Of a stretch of DNA of 32,000 nucleotides, positions 20,014 through 28,272 are shown one piece after another. How positions within the stretch are numbered: position 1 is the stretch's first letter; each line of letters opens with the position of its first letter. Source of the stretch: Nitrosospira multiformis ATCC 25196 (GTDB taxonomy: Bacteria > Pseudomonadota > Gammaproteobacteria > Burkholderiales > Nitrosomonadaceae). The position numbers and the translations under genes were made by a program. Below the pieces are notes generated by a model. It worked only from the letters and a program-made list of their open reading frames with translations, searched no databases and was not told the DNA's origin. The stretch covers positions 360,001 to 392,000 of the forward strand of contig NC_007614.1 in the NCBI RefSeq assembly GCF_000196355.1, given 5' to 3'.

Positions 20014-20883
20014 ATGCTCGTTCATCCTCAGATTGATCCCATTGCCATCCAGCTCGGACCGCTCGCGGTCCGATGGTACGGGCTCATGTATCTCCTTGGT
20101 TTCGCTTGCTTCATTCTGCTGGGGCGCTACCGCATCAAACGAAATCCCGAGGGGGCGTTCACCATCAGCATGCTGGACGATATGCTATTTTACGGTGTGC
20201 TCGGTGTGATTGTGGGCGGCCGCCTGGGTCACATTTTTTTTTATCAGTTCGGCTATTATCTGGAGCATCCTCTGGAAATTTTTGCCGTCTGGCAAGGAGG
20301 AATGTCGTTTCACGGCGGTTTTCTCGGAGTGATAGCCGCCATGGCCCTGTTGGCGCGCAAATATCACCTGCGATGGCTCGTCGTGACGGATTTCATCGCC
20401 CCATTGGTGCCGCTGGGGCTGGGGGCGGGGCGTATCGGCAATTTTATCAATGCCGAATTATGGGGGCGGCCGACCGATGTGCCCTGGGGTATGATTTTTC
20501 CCTATGTCGACAACATTCCTCGCCATCCCTCGCAACTGTACGAGTTCGCGTTGGAAGGATTGGCGTTTTTTACGTTGATGTGGATTTATTCCGCGCGGCC
20601 GAGACCGGTTGGAGCAGTTTCCGGAATGTTTCTGATCGGTTACGGGGTATTCCGCTCGTTTGCAGAGTTTTTCCGCGAACCGGACGAAGGTTTCATGGGT
20701 ATGATGACGCTTGGGATCAGCATGGGTCAATGGCTGTCGCTCCCCATGATCCTCGCCGGGGTAATCATGCTCGTCTGGGCTTATCGTACCCAAGCCCCTG
20801 TGTCCGCGCGGGGGAAAGCCGGCAAAGCTGGCAAAGCCGCCAACGCTGTCGTCGCGGGAAAGCGCGGCAGCAAAGAGCGATAA
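20014..20883 (+). CDS. lgt: Prolipoprotein diacylglyceryl transferase
   Basis: Lgt hallmarks: [52 protein letters not shown]. It has an extra Lys/Ala-rich tail (GKAGKAGKA...). Confidence 0.95.
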   Translation: MLVHPQIDPIAIQLGPLAVRWYGLMYLLGFACFILLGRYRIKRNPEGAFTISMLDDMLFYGVLGVIVGGRLGHIFFYQFGYYLEHPLEIFAVWQGGMSFHGGFLGVIAAMALLARKYHLRWLVVTDFIAPLVPLGLGAGRIGNFINAELWGRPTDVPWGMIFPYVDNIPRHPSQLYEFALEGLAFFTLMWIYSARPRPVGAVSGMFLIGYGVFRSFAEFFREPDEGFMGMMTLGISMGQWLSLPMILAGVIMLVWAYRTQAPVSARGKAGKAGKAANAVVAGKRGSKER

Positions 20884-20893
20884 GCAGCTTTAC

Positions 20894-21493
20894 ATGTCTT
20901 TGCGCCGCTCCTACAGTCTGATCGCTCCGCTTTACGATGCCTTGCTTGCCGGGGCGGGCACGGGATTGCGGGCGGCCAGCCTTGAGCAATTGCCCCGGCA
21001 GGAGAACCTCGACATTCTCATCAGCGGCATTGGTACCGGGCTCGATCTCCCGCATGTTCCAGCGTGTCATCATTATGTAGGGCTGGACCTTACCGCGGCC
21101 ATGCTGAAGCGGGCAAGACCCAGGATAGGAAATCTGCATGTAGACCTCGTCCAGGGGGACAGCATGTCTCTGCCGTTTGTGGACACGTGCTTCGACCACG
21201 TGGTGCTGCATCTCATTCTGGCGATCGTACCGGATGCTCGCGCGTGCCTTAAAGAAACGGCGCGGGTACTGAAGCCTGGCGGCAGCGTGCTGATACTCGA
21301 TAAATTTCTGAAGCCAGGAGAAAACGCAGTGCTCCGGCGGATGGTGAACCTGCTGTCTCAACATATAGTGACGCGTCTGGATGTGGTTTTCGAAGAGGTG
21401 CTTGCAAGTGTTCCGCAACTGAAAGTGGAGTCAGACCAGCCGCTTCTGGCAGGAGGCTGGTTCCGAAGCATCCGACTCGTTAAAGCCGGTTAG
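20894..21493 (+). CDS. Class I SAM-dependent methyltransferase (small, PmtA-like/Methyltransf_11-type)
   Basis: Motif I ILISGIGTGLDL. Post-I VGLDLTAAMLKRA. Motif II/III context SLPFVDTCFDHVV...LKPGGSVLILD. The ATG lies 10 nt after the lgt stop. The substrate is not determinable from sequence. Confidence 0.75.
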   Translation: MSLRRSYSLIAPLYDALLAGAGTGLRAASLEQLPRQENLDILISGIGTGLDLPHVPACHHYVGLDLTAAMLKRARPRIGNLHVDLVQGDSMSLPFVDTCFDHVVLHLILAIVPDARACLKETARVLKPGGSVLILDKFLKPGENAVLRRMVNLLSQHIVTRLDVVFEEVLASVPQLKVESDQPLLAGGWFRSIRLVKAG

Positions 21494-21568
21494 GACGCGA
21501 CCGGAATGCGATAAGGGTAGAATTTCTACGGGAGGCGAAACCGTCATCCCATCTTCAGCCGGAATGCC

Positions 21569-22261
21569 ATGTCCTCTAGTGCCGCTTTCATCGCCATCCT
21601 TACCATCATTGCCGTGGCCGCAAGCGGAGCGGCCGGATTGGTATCGGCGGACCCAGTAGAGGGGACAGGCAGCGTGAACAGCCCGGGACCGGATTGGACA
21701 GAGGCCTATCACAAAAACGGCCTTGTTATTTTTACGAAGGACATAGCGGAGGGACGGCGGGTAATCGCGGTTTCCGAAGTGGAAGTTCCCCCCGAAGCCG
21801 TTTTCAATGTTCTCGTCGACTTCGAACATTACCGCGAATTCATGCCGTACGTGAAGGAATCGGAAGTGCTCAGCCGCACCGGCGATAACGAGGTGGTGAC
21901 CTATGCCCGCATCGCACCGCCGTTCATCAGCGAGCGCGACTATCCCCTCAAGGTGCGCCTGACGCGCAAAGCGGCGGCAGGTGACACGCGAAAGGACGGC
22001 ACCTTCAAGGTCGAGTGGACTGCGCTGTCCGAAGCAAAGCCCGAGGTTGAAGGCGTGGTGCGCATCAAGCTCAACGAGGGCTCATGGGTGGGGGAGCCCC
22101 TTGATGACGGCAGGCACACGCGCCTCACTTATACATTGCTTACCGATCCGGGAGGACTCATTCCGGATTTTGTGTTCAACCTTTCGAATACCGTCGCGAT
22201 ACCTGAGCTCTTCGATGCGGTAAGGAAGCGTTCCACCGAAGCGGTTTCCGGACGGAAGTAA
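21569..22261 (+). CDS. Exported START/SRPBCC-domain (lipid-binding fold) protein
   Basis: N-terminal signal-like segment AFIAILTIIAVAASGAAGLVSA. START-like core: V...V..P.EAVFNVLVDFEHYREFMPYVKES.VL......VVY..I..PFIS.RDY.LKV. Confidence 0.72.
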   Translation: MSSSAAFIAILTIIAVAASGAAGLVSADPVEGTGSVNSPGPDWTEAYHKNGLVIFTKDIAEGRRVIAVSEVEVPPEAVFNVLVDFEHYREFMPYVKESEVLSRTGDNEVVTYARIAPPFISERDYPLKVRLTRKAAAGDTRKDGTFKVEWTALSEAKPEVEGVVRIKLNEGSWVGEPLDDGRHTRLTYTLLTDPGGLIPDFVFNLSNTVAIPELFDAVRKRSTEAVSGRK

Positions 22262-22324
22262 TCAGGCCGATGGCACACTGTCTGTCCGTTCCCGGGGGAT
22301 TTTCCAGAGCAACAGATTACCCAT

Positions 22325-22657
22325 ATGTTTGAGCTCAAGACCTTGTTTCTCTTCCTGGCTACAGCGCTTGCCGAGATCGTTGGTTGTTATCTACCTTACC
22401 TTTGGCTTAAACGGGATGGGAGCGCCTGGCTTCTTGTTCCTGCTGCCGCAAGCCTGGCACTGTTTGCATGGCTTCTCACGCTTCATCCGACGGACGCCGG
22501 TCGTACATACGCGGCTTACGGAGGGGTTTACGTTTCCGTGGCAGTACTTTGGTTGTGGGCTGTTGACGGGGTCAGGCCGACTGCCTGGGACATGGCAGGT
22601 TCCCTTCTGGCGCTGACAGGTATGGCAATTATCATGTTTGGTCCAAGACATGCATAA
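22325..22657 (+). CDS. ynfA: YnfA family inner-membrane protein (UPF0060)
   Basis: Near-colinear with E. coli YnfA: [22 protein letters not shown]...WLLLP...[13 protein letters not shown]...[12 protein letters not shown]. Confidence 0.9.
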   Translation: MFELKTLFLFLATALAEIVGCYLPYLWLKRDGSAWLLVPAAASLALFAWLLTLHPTDAGRTYAAYGGVYVSVAVLWLWAVDGVRPTAWDMAGSLLALTGMAIIMFGPRHA

Positions 22658-22817
22658 TTTACATAAGCCCATGAGTGAGTTGCAATGCAATGAAGCGATG
22701 CTGCTGGATTGACGCCGTCACCTTAAACGTACAATTCCTGAGCAGAAATTTCTCATAAATATAGAGGGCTGTCTTTCCACAAAGACGAAAGTCAACAGGT
22801 TCCCGCTGAGCGCTCTG

Positions 22818-22844
22818 CTGACAGGGTTCTGCCAGTGGCATAAT
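22818..22844 (+). promoter_or_regulatory. Candidate extended -10 promoter for the DUF4156 lipoprotein gene
   Basis: CTGACA (22818-22823), a 15-nt spacer, then TGgCATAAT (TG at 22836-22837, hexamer at 22839-22844), about 45 nt upstream of the ATG at 22889. Pattern match only, and the spacer is short. Confidence 0.3.
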
Positions 22845-22888
22845 TTCAGAAATCATTGAGTAAGAAGGTTTTCGACAGGAGAAAATAG

Positions 22889-23242
22889 ATGATCACGAGA
22901 AGGATGATCGCATTGCCGGGCCTGCTGTCAGTTGTCTTGTTTGCCGGCTGTTCGGCAATTTCAACGACACCGGAGGGCAAATCCGTTGAGCTTGGCACAG
23001 AAAAGCCCGGCGGTAATTGCAAGCCCCTGGGTGATGCGGTCGGCTCCCAAGGTAACTGGATTACCGGCGATTACACTTCGAATGAAAATCTTCTCATCGG
23101 CGCTAGAAATGATCTGCGCAACAGGGCCGCCAAAATGGGTGGAAACTACGTCTGGGTGCAGAACTCCGCCAATACGAATGCATGGGGCAGCAAGGGCACG
23201 ACAAACACGACAGTGCTGGGTGTGGTTTATCGCTGCGAGTGA
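22889..23242 (+). CDS. Lipoprotein, DUF4156 family
   Basis: Lipobox LFAGC at the end of a signal peptide. Family-like pattern C.PLG.V.G......A.N.LRN.AAKMGGNYV....G..Y.C. AGGAGAAAA lies upstream of the ATG. Confidence 0.78.
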   Translation: MITRRMIALPGLLSVVLFAGCSAISTTPEGKSVELGTEKPGGNCKPLGDAVGSQGNWITGDYTSNENLLIGARNDLRNRAAKMGGNYVWVQNSANTNAWGSKGTTNTTVLGVVYRCE

Positions 23243-23306
23243 GTCCCGCCGCCGGGTTCCGAATATCTCGACCTGAATTTACTGCCATAGGCGGAGCGCT
23301 ACGGAA

Positions 23307-23675
23307 ATGTCCAGCAAGGTTTACTATAACAGCGCATGTCCCGTCTGTAATGCGGGTATAAAAGAGCAGCGCCGCCGTATGGAAGCAGGCGGTATCAAGG
23401 ACATTCAGTGGATTGACGTGCATGCGCAGCCGGAGGCTGTTGCAGAAGTAAATGCCTCGCTGGAGGAGGTGCGCGAGCGGTTGCACGTAAAAAGACAGGA
23501 TGGCCGGATTGACGTGGGCGTGGATGCTTTCACGCAACTCTGGTCACAAACGCCGGGGCAGCACTGGCTGGCAAGGCTTTTTCGGCTGCCGCCGCTGAAA
23601 CAGCTTTCACGTCTGGCTTACAACGCCTTTGCCGGCGGGCTGTACCGGTGGAATCGTGCCAAAAAACACTGGTAG
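23307..23675 (+). CDS. Thiol-disulfide oxidoreductase DCC family protein (DUF393)
   Basis: N-terminal VYYNSACPVCN (CxxC) with the size and C-terminal W/R-rich region typical of DUF393. Confidence 0.7.
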   Translation: MSSKVYYNSACPVCNAGIKEQRRRMEAGGIKDIQWIDVHAQPEAVAEVNASLEEVRERLHVKRQDGRIDVGVDAFTQLWSQTPGQHWLARLFRLPPLKQLSRLAYNAFAGGLYRWNRAKKHW

Positions 23676-23759
23676 GCACTCCCGGGCGCGAGTGACCGGG
23701 AAACAATTCCCGCAGCTATTTTCTGATCAGGAAAGTTTGGTGAAAATTCCGTTTCGCCG

Positions 23760-24803
23760 CTAATTCCCGGTTTTATCCAAGGCCCAGGTAACGTTTTCCC
23801 CCGCCCGGAATGGAATCAGGCTTTCGCCGCCAAATTCCAGCTGCGCCGGCACCCTCCAATTTTCCTTCTTCAACGTAATCTTGTCCTGATTGCGCGGTAG
23901 CTGATAGAAATCCGCACCATGAAAACTGGCAAAGGCTTCCAGTTTTTCCAGCGCGCCCGCCTGTTCGAATGCTTCCGCATACAGCTCGATCGCTGCGTGA
24001 GCAGTATAGATGCCGGCGCAGCCGCAGGCGTTTTCCTTGGCGAATTGTGCGTGGGGAGCGCTATCGGTGCCGAGGAAAAATTTCGGATTGCCGCTGGTGG
24101 CCGCTTCGATCAGCTTCTGCCGGTGGGTTTCCCGCTTGAGGATGGGCAGGCAATAGTGGTGAGGCCGAATACCCCCTTGAAAAAGGGCATTCCGGCTGAT
24201 CAGGAGGTGGTGGGCCGTGATGGTGGCGGCGACGGTTTTCGGCGCGTTGATGACGAACTCTACCGCTTCCCGTGTGGTGATATGCTCGAATACCACGCGC
24301 AATCGCGGAAAACGCTGGGTCAACGGGATCAGCATCCGTTCAAGAAAGACCTTTTCCCTGTCGAATACATCCACCTCCGGATCGGTTACCTCGCCATGCA
24401 CCAGCATGGGCATTTCCGCTTGCTCCATGGCTTCCAGAGTTTCATGGCATCTGGCAATGTCGGTGACTCCTGCCGCGGAGTTTGTGGTAGCGCCTGCGGG
24501 ATAGTATTTGATGCCGTAGATTACTCCGCTTCTTTTTGCTTCGATGATTTCCGAAGGGGAGGTGTTATCGGTCAGGTAGAGGGTCATCAGCGGCTCGAAG
24601 CGCACGCCCTGCGGCAGGGCGGCAAGAAGCCGCCCGCGATACGCCACCGCCATTTCCGTGGTGATGACGGGAGGCTTGAGGTTGGGCATGACGATTGCGC
24701 GGGCAAAACGGCGGGCAGTGTCCGCCAGCACTGCCCGCATGTGTTCGCCATCGCGGAGATGCAGGTGGAAGTCGTCCGGGCGTGTAAGTGTGAAGGTATT
24801 CAA
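23760..24803 (-). CDS. pyrC: Dihydroorotase (class II, E. coli PyrC-like)
   Basis: [43 protein letters not shown] and LGTDSAPH all match PyrC metal and carbamyl-lysine contexts. The only in-frame start after the upstream TAA is the TTG at 24803, so start confidence is lower than the gene call. Confidence 0.92.
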   Translation of the reverse strand: MNTFTLTRPDDFHLHLRDGEHMRAVLADTARRFARAIVMPNLKPPVITTEMAVAYRGRLLAALPQGVRFEPLMTLYLTDNTSPSEIIEAKRSGVIYGIKYYPAGATTNSAAGVTDIARCHETLEAMEQAEMPMLVHGEVTDPEVDVFDREKVFLERMLIPLTQRFPRLRVVFEHITTREAVEFVINAPKTVAATITAHHLLISRNALFQGGIRPHHYCLPILKRETHRQKLIEAATSGNPKFFLGTDSAPHAQFAKENACGCAGIYTAHAAIELYAEAFEQAGALEKLEAFASFHGADFYQLPRNQDKITLKKENWRVPAQLEFGGESLIPFRAGENVTWALDKTGN

Positions 24804-24990
24804 GATGGCTGCGGCACTGTTTTTTATTTAACTGGCACGAAAAATACCATGAGCCTCCCATTGAGGACTCAGGAGGACTCGAGCCTGCTATTCCCCGATT
24901 AATTCATCGGAAATTGCAGGAGAGGCAAGCGAAGCATCCGGCATCGCAGCAAATCTAGCTTACCCCCATCCTGCACTACTGTCTCCTGTT

Positions 24991-26169
24991 TTAGTCCTTG
25001 ATGCGGCCTAGCAATGTCTCGTTCGTGCAGGGTTTCTTTTCGGCAATCAACGCGGTTGCGGCATCCACCTGTCCCCAGGTATTCCAGAGCAGTACACCGC
25101 GTACGAGCTCGTCGCGCAGGTAATAAATCACGCCTTTGCGGAAGGGCTCTACCCAATCTTCGACAATATCGAGACTGGAATCGAGTTCACCGACTGCTTC
25201 ATAGCCCAGATCAAACAGGTCGGAATAAAAGAAGGGCTGGTGATGATAGGGCTCCAGGCTCCCTGCCATGTTCCGTCCCGCCGCTTCTCCCATCATGTTT
25301 GCGTTGTCTTCATGCTCAACCCGCATGCGCTTGTCGAGCAAGGGACTGTAGAAATTGGCGACATCGCCGGCGGCATAAATATCGGGATTGCTGGTGCGCA
25401 GGAATTCATCCACTACGATGCCGTTGTCAATCGCGAGCCCGGCCTGGACAGCCAGTTCCGTGTTGGGAAGAATACCCAGTCCTGCCACTACTCCATCGGC
25501 GGAAATCTCGGTTCCACTCCCCGTGGTAACAATTTTTTTTGTCCCATCCGTCCTGATCGAAGTGACAGTTTCGGGGGCGAGCACGATTACACCCTTTTCG
25601 CGATAGTAGGAATTCAGGAATTCGACGAGGGGCCGCGGATAAATACGCGAGCTGATTCCGTTTTCCGGAAAAATCATGGTGACCCGTTTATCATTCATGG
25701 CCAGCGCGGCAGCGATTTCCGAACCGATGAAGCCACCGCCGATCACGACAAAATCCGAACCCTGACTACTCAATTCCCGCAGCTTAAGGTAGTCGTCCGC
25801 CGTCCGGTAATAGATTATCCCGCTGTCGAAATGGGGAAAGCGGCGTACCTCGCCTCCCGTGGCAAGCAAAAGTTTTTCATAGGTATAGATGTTGCCTGCA
25901 TTATCCGTGGCCGTCTTGTTAGCGGGATCTAGGGCTACTATTTTTTTTCCGAGGTGCATGGCAACGTTCAGGCCGTGCTCGCTTCGCCAGATCGAATCAT
26001 AGGGTGAGTCCTTCCATAGCGCCTTGGAAAGGGGCGGACGGTTGTAAGGACGATGCAACTCCTCTCCAATGACGGCGATTGCGCCATCGGGGTCGATCTT
26101 ACGGATACCATGTACAGCAGAATCGGCGGTCATTCCGCCCCCGACAATAAGGTATTTATGGTGTTTCAT
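24991..26169 (-). CDS. FAD/NAD(P)-dependent oxidoreductase, AIF/ferredoxin-reductase-like (pyridine nucleotide-disulfide oxidoreductase family)
   Basis: FAD motif YLIVGGGMTADSA, RPPLSK, NAD motif VVIGGGFIGSEIAAAL, and YAAGDVA. No redox-active CxxxxC is present. Confidence 0.85.
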   Translation of the reverse strand: MKHHKYLIVGGGMTADSAVHGIRKIDPDGAIAVIGEELHRPYNRPPLSKALWKDSPYDSIWRSEHGLNVAMHLGKKIVALDPANKTATDNAGNIYTYEKLLLATGGEVRRFPHFDSGIIYYRTADDYLKLRELSSQGSDFVVIGGGFIGSEIAAALAMNDKRVTMIFPENGISSRIYPRPLVEFLNSYYREKGVIVLAPETVTSIRTDGTKKIVTTGSGTEISADGVVAGLGILPNTELAVQAGLAIDNGIVVDEFLRTSNPDIYAAGDVANFYSPLLDKRMRVEHEDNANMMGEAAGRNMAGSLEPYHHQPFFYSDLFDLGYEAVGELDSSLDIVEDWVEPFRKGVIYYLRDELVRGVLLWNTWGQVDAATALIAEKKPCTNETLLGRIKD

Positions 26170-26510
26170 GCTGGTTTCCTTTGCAGGTATATGAAGCGCA
26201 GGTTAAAAATTGACCCGTTGTCATGTTCCGAAACCTTTTGTGTGACCTGTTGCGCGATAGAGTGCGGAACTCTGTAATAGCGAACCTATCCAATAAAATC
26301 GGAAACTTCATAAAACCTATGTAAACTTTTATCCCTTTTCAAGAGGAAAATTACCGGTGCATACGAGGATAGGCCGGCAGCAGGGGGCAAGCCCATTGCC
26401 CTATGGATCGTAGAGAGACCGTGCCTCATTATTCAACAATCCTCGCGCCAGTATATAATGGGTTCCTCCATGAATTCAAAGCCAAGCTGGGCATGTCCCG
26501 AAATTGAACG

Positions 26511-27167
26511 ATGACTGAAGTGAAAACGGATTCAGAAGCAAACACGATTGATATTTGTGTACACCATGCGCGCGAGATACTGGCGTCCCAACTCCCGCAA
26601 GTTAAAGCCCAAGGGTATGATTTTGCGCCTCTTTTCCGGCAGATGACCATCCAGTTATATCTGGTGGGCGTGATGTGGCGGTGCAGCGAAAGACTCGGAG
26701 TGGCGGGAGATACGCGCGATCATGCCTTTGAAGCGATGGAATCCATGCTCATAGCCGACGGCATGAAAAAGAAAGAAGCTCAACAGCGTATCTTGTTCCT
26801 GCGTAACATGTCGCGGGTGGAAGACGGAACGGACACGCTTGCCGTATCGACCGGCTATGAAGCGGTTCCGAACGATGAGAGCATGACGCGCCTTTTCGAT
26901 GAATACCGCAACGAGGCGCGGGTATCCGGTTCGCTATGGCGGCTTTTTGAGCGCGGTAAAAAGATCATGTTTATCGGGGGCGCGGTGGCAGCCTTTGTAA
27001 CGATCTGGGCCGTGACCATCTTCCTGCCGAAAACGGAGGGAATCGACATACTGGCAGCCGGCCTTCTGGCTGCTGCGCTTGTTGTCGTCCCGACATTCCT
27101 GATCGGACTGTTGATTTATCGGACGAAGATGAAAAAATCCGCCCCTCCCCCCTCTTCGCAATCATGA
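26511..27167 (+). CDS. Hypothetical protein: about 150-aa soluble helical N-domain + two C-terminal TM helices
   Basis: The 218-aa ORF does not overlap other calls. TM segments are IMFIGGAVAAFVTIWAVTIFLP and ILAAGLLAAALVVVPTFLIGLLIY. I recognise no family and see no clear SD, so the start is uncertain. Confidence 0.55.
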   Translation: MTEVKTDSEANTIDICVHHAREILASQLPQVKAQGYDFAPLFRQMTIQLYLVGVMWRCSERLGVAGDTRDHAFEAMESMLIADGMKKKEAQQRILFLRNMSRVEDGTDTLAVSTGYEAVPNDESMTRLFDEYRNEARVSGSLWRLFERGKKIMFIGGAVAAFVTIWAVTIFLPKTEGIDILAAGLLAAALVVVPTFLIGLLIYRTKMKKSAPPPSSQS

Positions 27168-27356
27168 TTGGGCGAAGAGGCCCGTTTATACGGCGGGGTA
27201 CGGTTTCCAGATCAGGGTGCCGGCGAGCCAGTCTGCGTTGCACGCATATGAGTGAGTGCAGGGTTTCGCAGGATATACAGCCAGAGTGAAAGATACGAAC
27301 AGCCGGAGCATTTTACGTCATTCGCCCGTTCTCTGCCCTGCCGCGCCCGGACCATA

Positions 27357-28223
27357 ATGAGCGCGAAGATCATTGACGGCAAGAGGTTGAGCCAGGAGGT
27401 GAGGGCGGAGTGCCGGGCACGCGCAGCGCGTTTGGCGGAAAAAGGTACCCAGCCAGGACTGGCGGTGGTTATCGTGGGAGACAATCCGGCTTCCAGGGTG
27501 TATGTGCGAAACAAGGCTAAGGCCTGTGGCGAAACGGGCATCTATTCCGAAGTCCACGAATTCCCGGAAAATGCCAACCAGGATGAGGTGATTGGACGCA
27601 TTCAGGAATTGAACGGGAATCCCGGAATTCACGGCATCCTCGTTCAATTGCCTCTGCCGCGGCATTTCGACAGCAGCAGAGTCACCGAGTCTGTGGCCGT
27701 GGAAAAAGATGTGGATGGCTTCCATCTTTATAATGTAGGCGCACTTGTAACCGGTAGCAGCATTTTTCCGCCTTGCACGCCTAACGGCGTGATGAAAATG
27801 CTGGAAAAATATGATATTCCGATCGAGGGGCAGCATGCGGTAATAGTAGGCCGCAGTAATATCGTCGGTAAACCGATGGCGCTGATGCTGCTGCAAAAAG
27901 GCGCAACCGTTACCATCTGCACGTCCAGAACGCGGAATCTGGCGGAACACACCAGCCGCGCCGATATTCTGATAGTTGCTGCGGGCAAGCCGCGCCTGAT
28001 CACCGCCATGATGGTGAAACCGGGAGCGACAGTAATAGACGTCGGCATCAACCGGCTGTCTGACGGGAAGCTGGCGGGAGATGTGGACTTTGAATCGGTC
28101 AAGGAAAAGGCGGGTTACATCACGCCTGTGCCGGGGGGAGTAGGTCCGATGACCATTGCGATGCTGCTGTGCAACACCGTTGTGGCAGCCGAGCAGGCGC
28201 ACGCCCGATTACAGGGTAATTGA
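27357..28223 (+). CDS. folD: Bifunctional methylenetetrahydrofolate dehydrogenase/methenyl-THF cyclohydrolase
   Basis: MSAKIIDGK...[25 protein letters not shown]...[10 protein letters not shown]...DVDGFH...PCTP.G......[13 protein letters not shown]...ATVT.C...T.....[11 protein letters not shown]...[10 protein letters not shown]. The start is moved from the track start at 27252 to the ATG at 27357, which aligns with the E. coli FolD N-terminus. Confidence 0.95.
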   Translation: MSAKIIDGKRLSQEVRAECRARAARLAEKGTQPGLAVVIVGDNPASRVYVRNKAKACGETGIYSEVHEFPENANQDEVIGRIQELNGNPGIHGILVQLPLPRHFDSSRVTESVAVEKDVDGFHLYNVGALVTGSSIFPPCTPNGVMKMLEKYDIPIEGQHAVIVGRSNIVGKPMALMLLQKGATVTICTSRTRNLAEHTSRADILIVAAGKPRLITAMMVKPGATVIDVGINRLSDGKLAGDVDFESVKEKAGYITPVPGGVGPMTIAMLLCNTVVAAEQAHARLQGN

Positions 28224-28272
28224 CAGCGCCTCTATCACATCGGGCAAGCGCCCGACAATTTCGAGACAAGAC

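Noticed and set aside
20812-20838. A 9-bp x3 tandem repeat (GKAGKAGKA) in the lgt tail, and an 18-bp x2 repeat (AQSQSS/AQPQSS, 31521-31556) in aceF.
   Set aside because: Both lie in flexible, low-complexity protein tail or linker regions and are in-frame. They are ordinary linker microrepeats rather than regulatory or mobile repeats.
20073-20921. A 282-aa plus-strand ORF in an alternate frame of lgt.
   Set aside because: It shares the strand with lgt but reads a different frame, and gives an Arg/Gly/Ala-rich product. Lgt homology defines the true frame.
22659-22856. A 65-aa minus-strand ORF between ynfA and the DUF4156 gene.
   Set aside because: It has no SD and no recognisable family, and it overlaps the candidate promoter of the downstream gene. 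The evidence for coding is insufficient.
23676-23759. Possible terminators between the convergent DCC-family gene and pyrC (TCCCGG-N10-CCGGGA; TTTTCTGATCAGGAAA).
   Set aside because: The stems are short or AU-rich and are not followed by a proper U-tract in either orientation. They are not convincing.
23919-24902. A 327-aa plus-strand ORF.
   Set aside because: It is entirely antisense to pyrC and has no motifs. It is a shadow ORF.
27318-28202. A 294-aa minus-strand ORF.
   Set aside because: It is antisense to folD. It is a shadow ORF.
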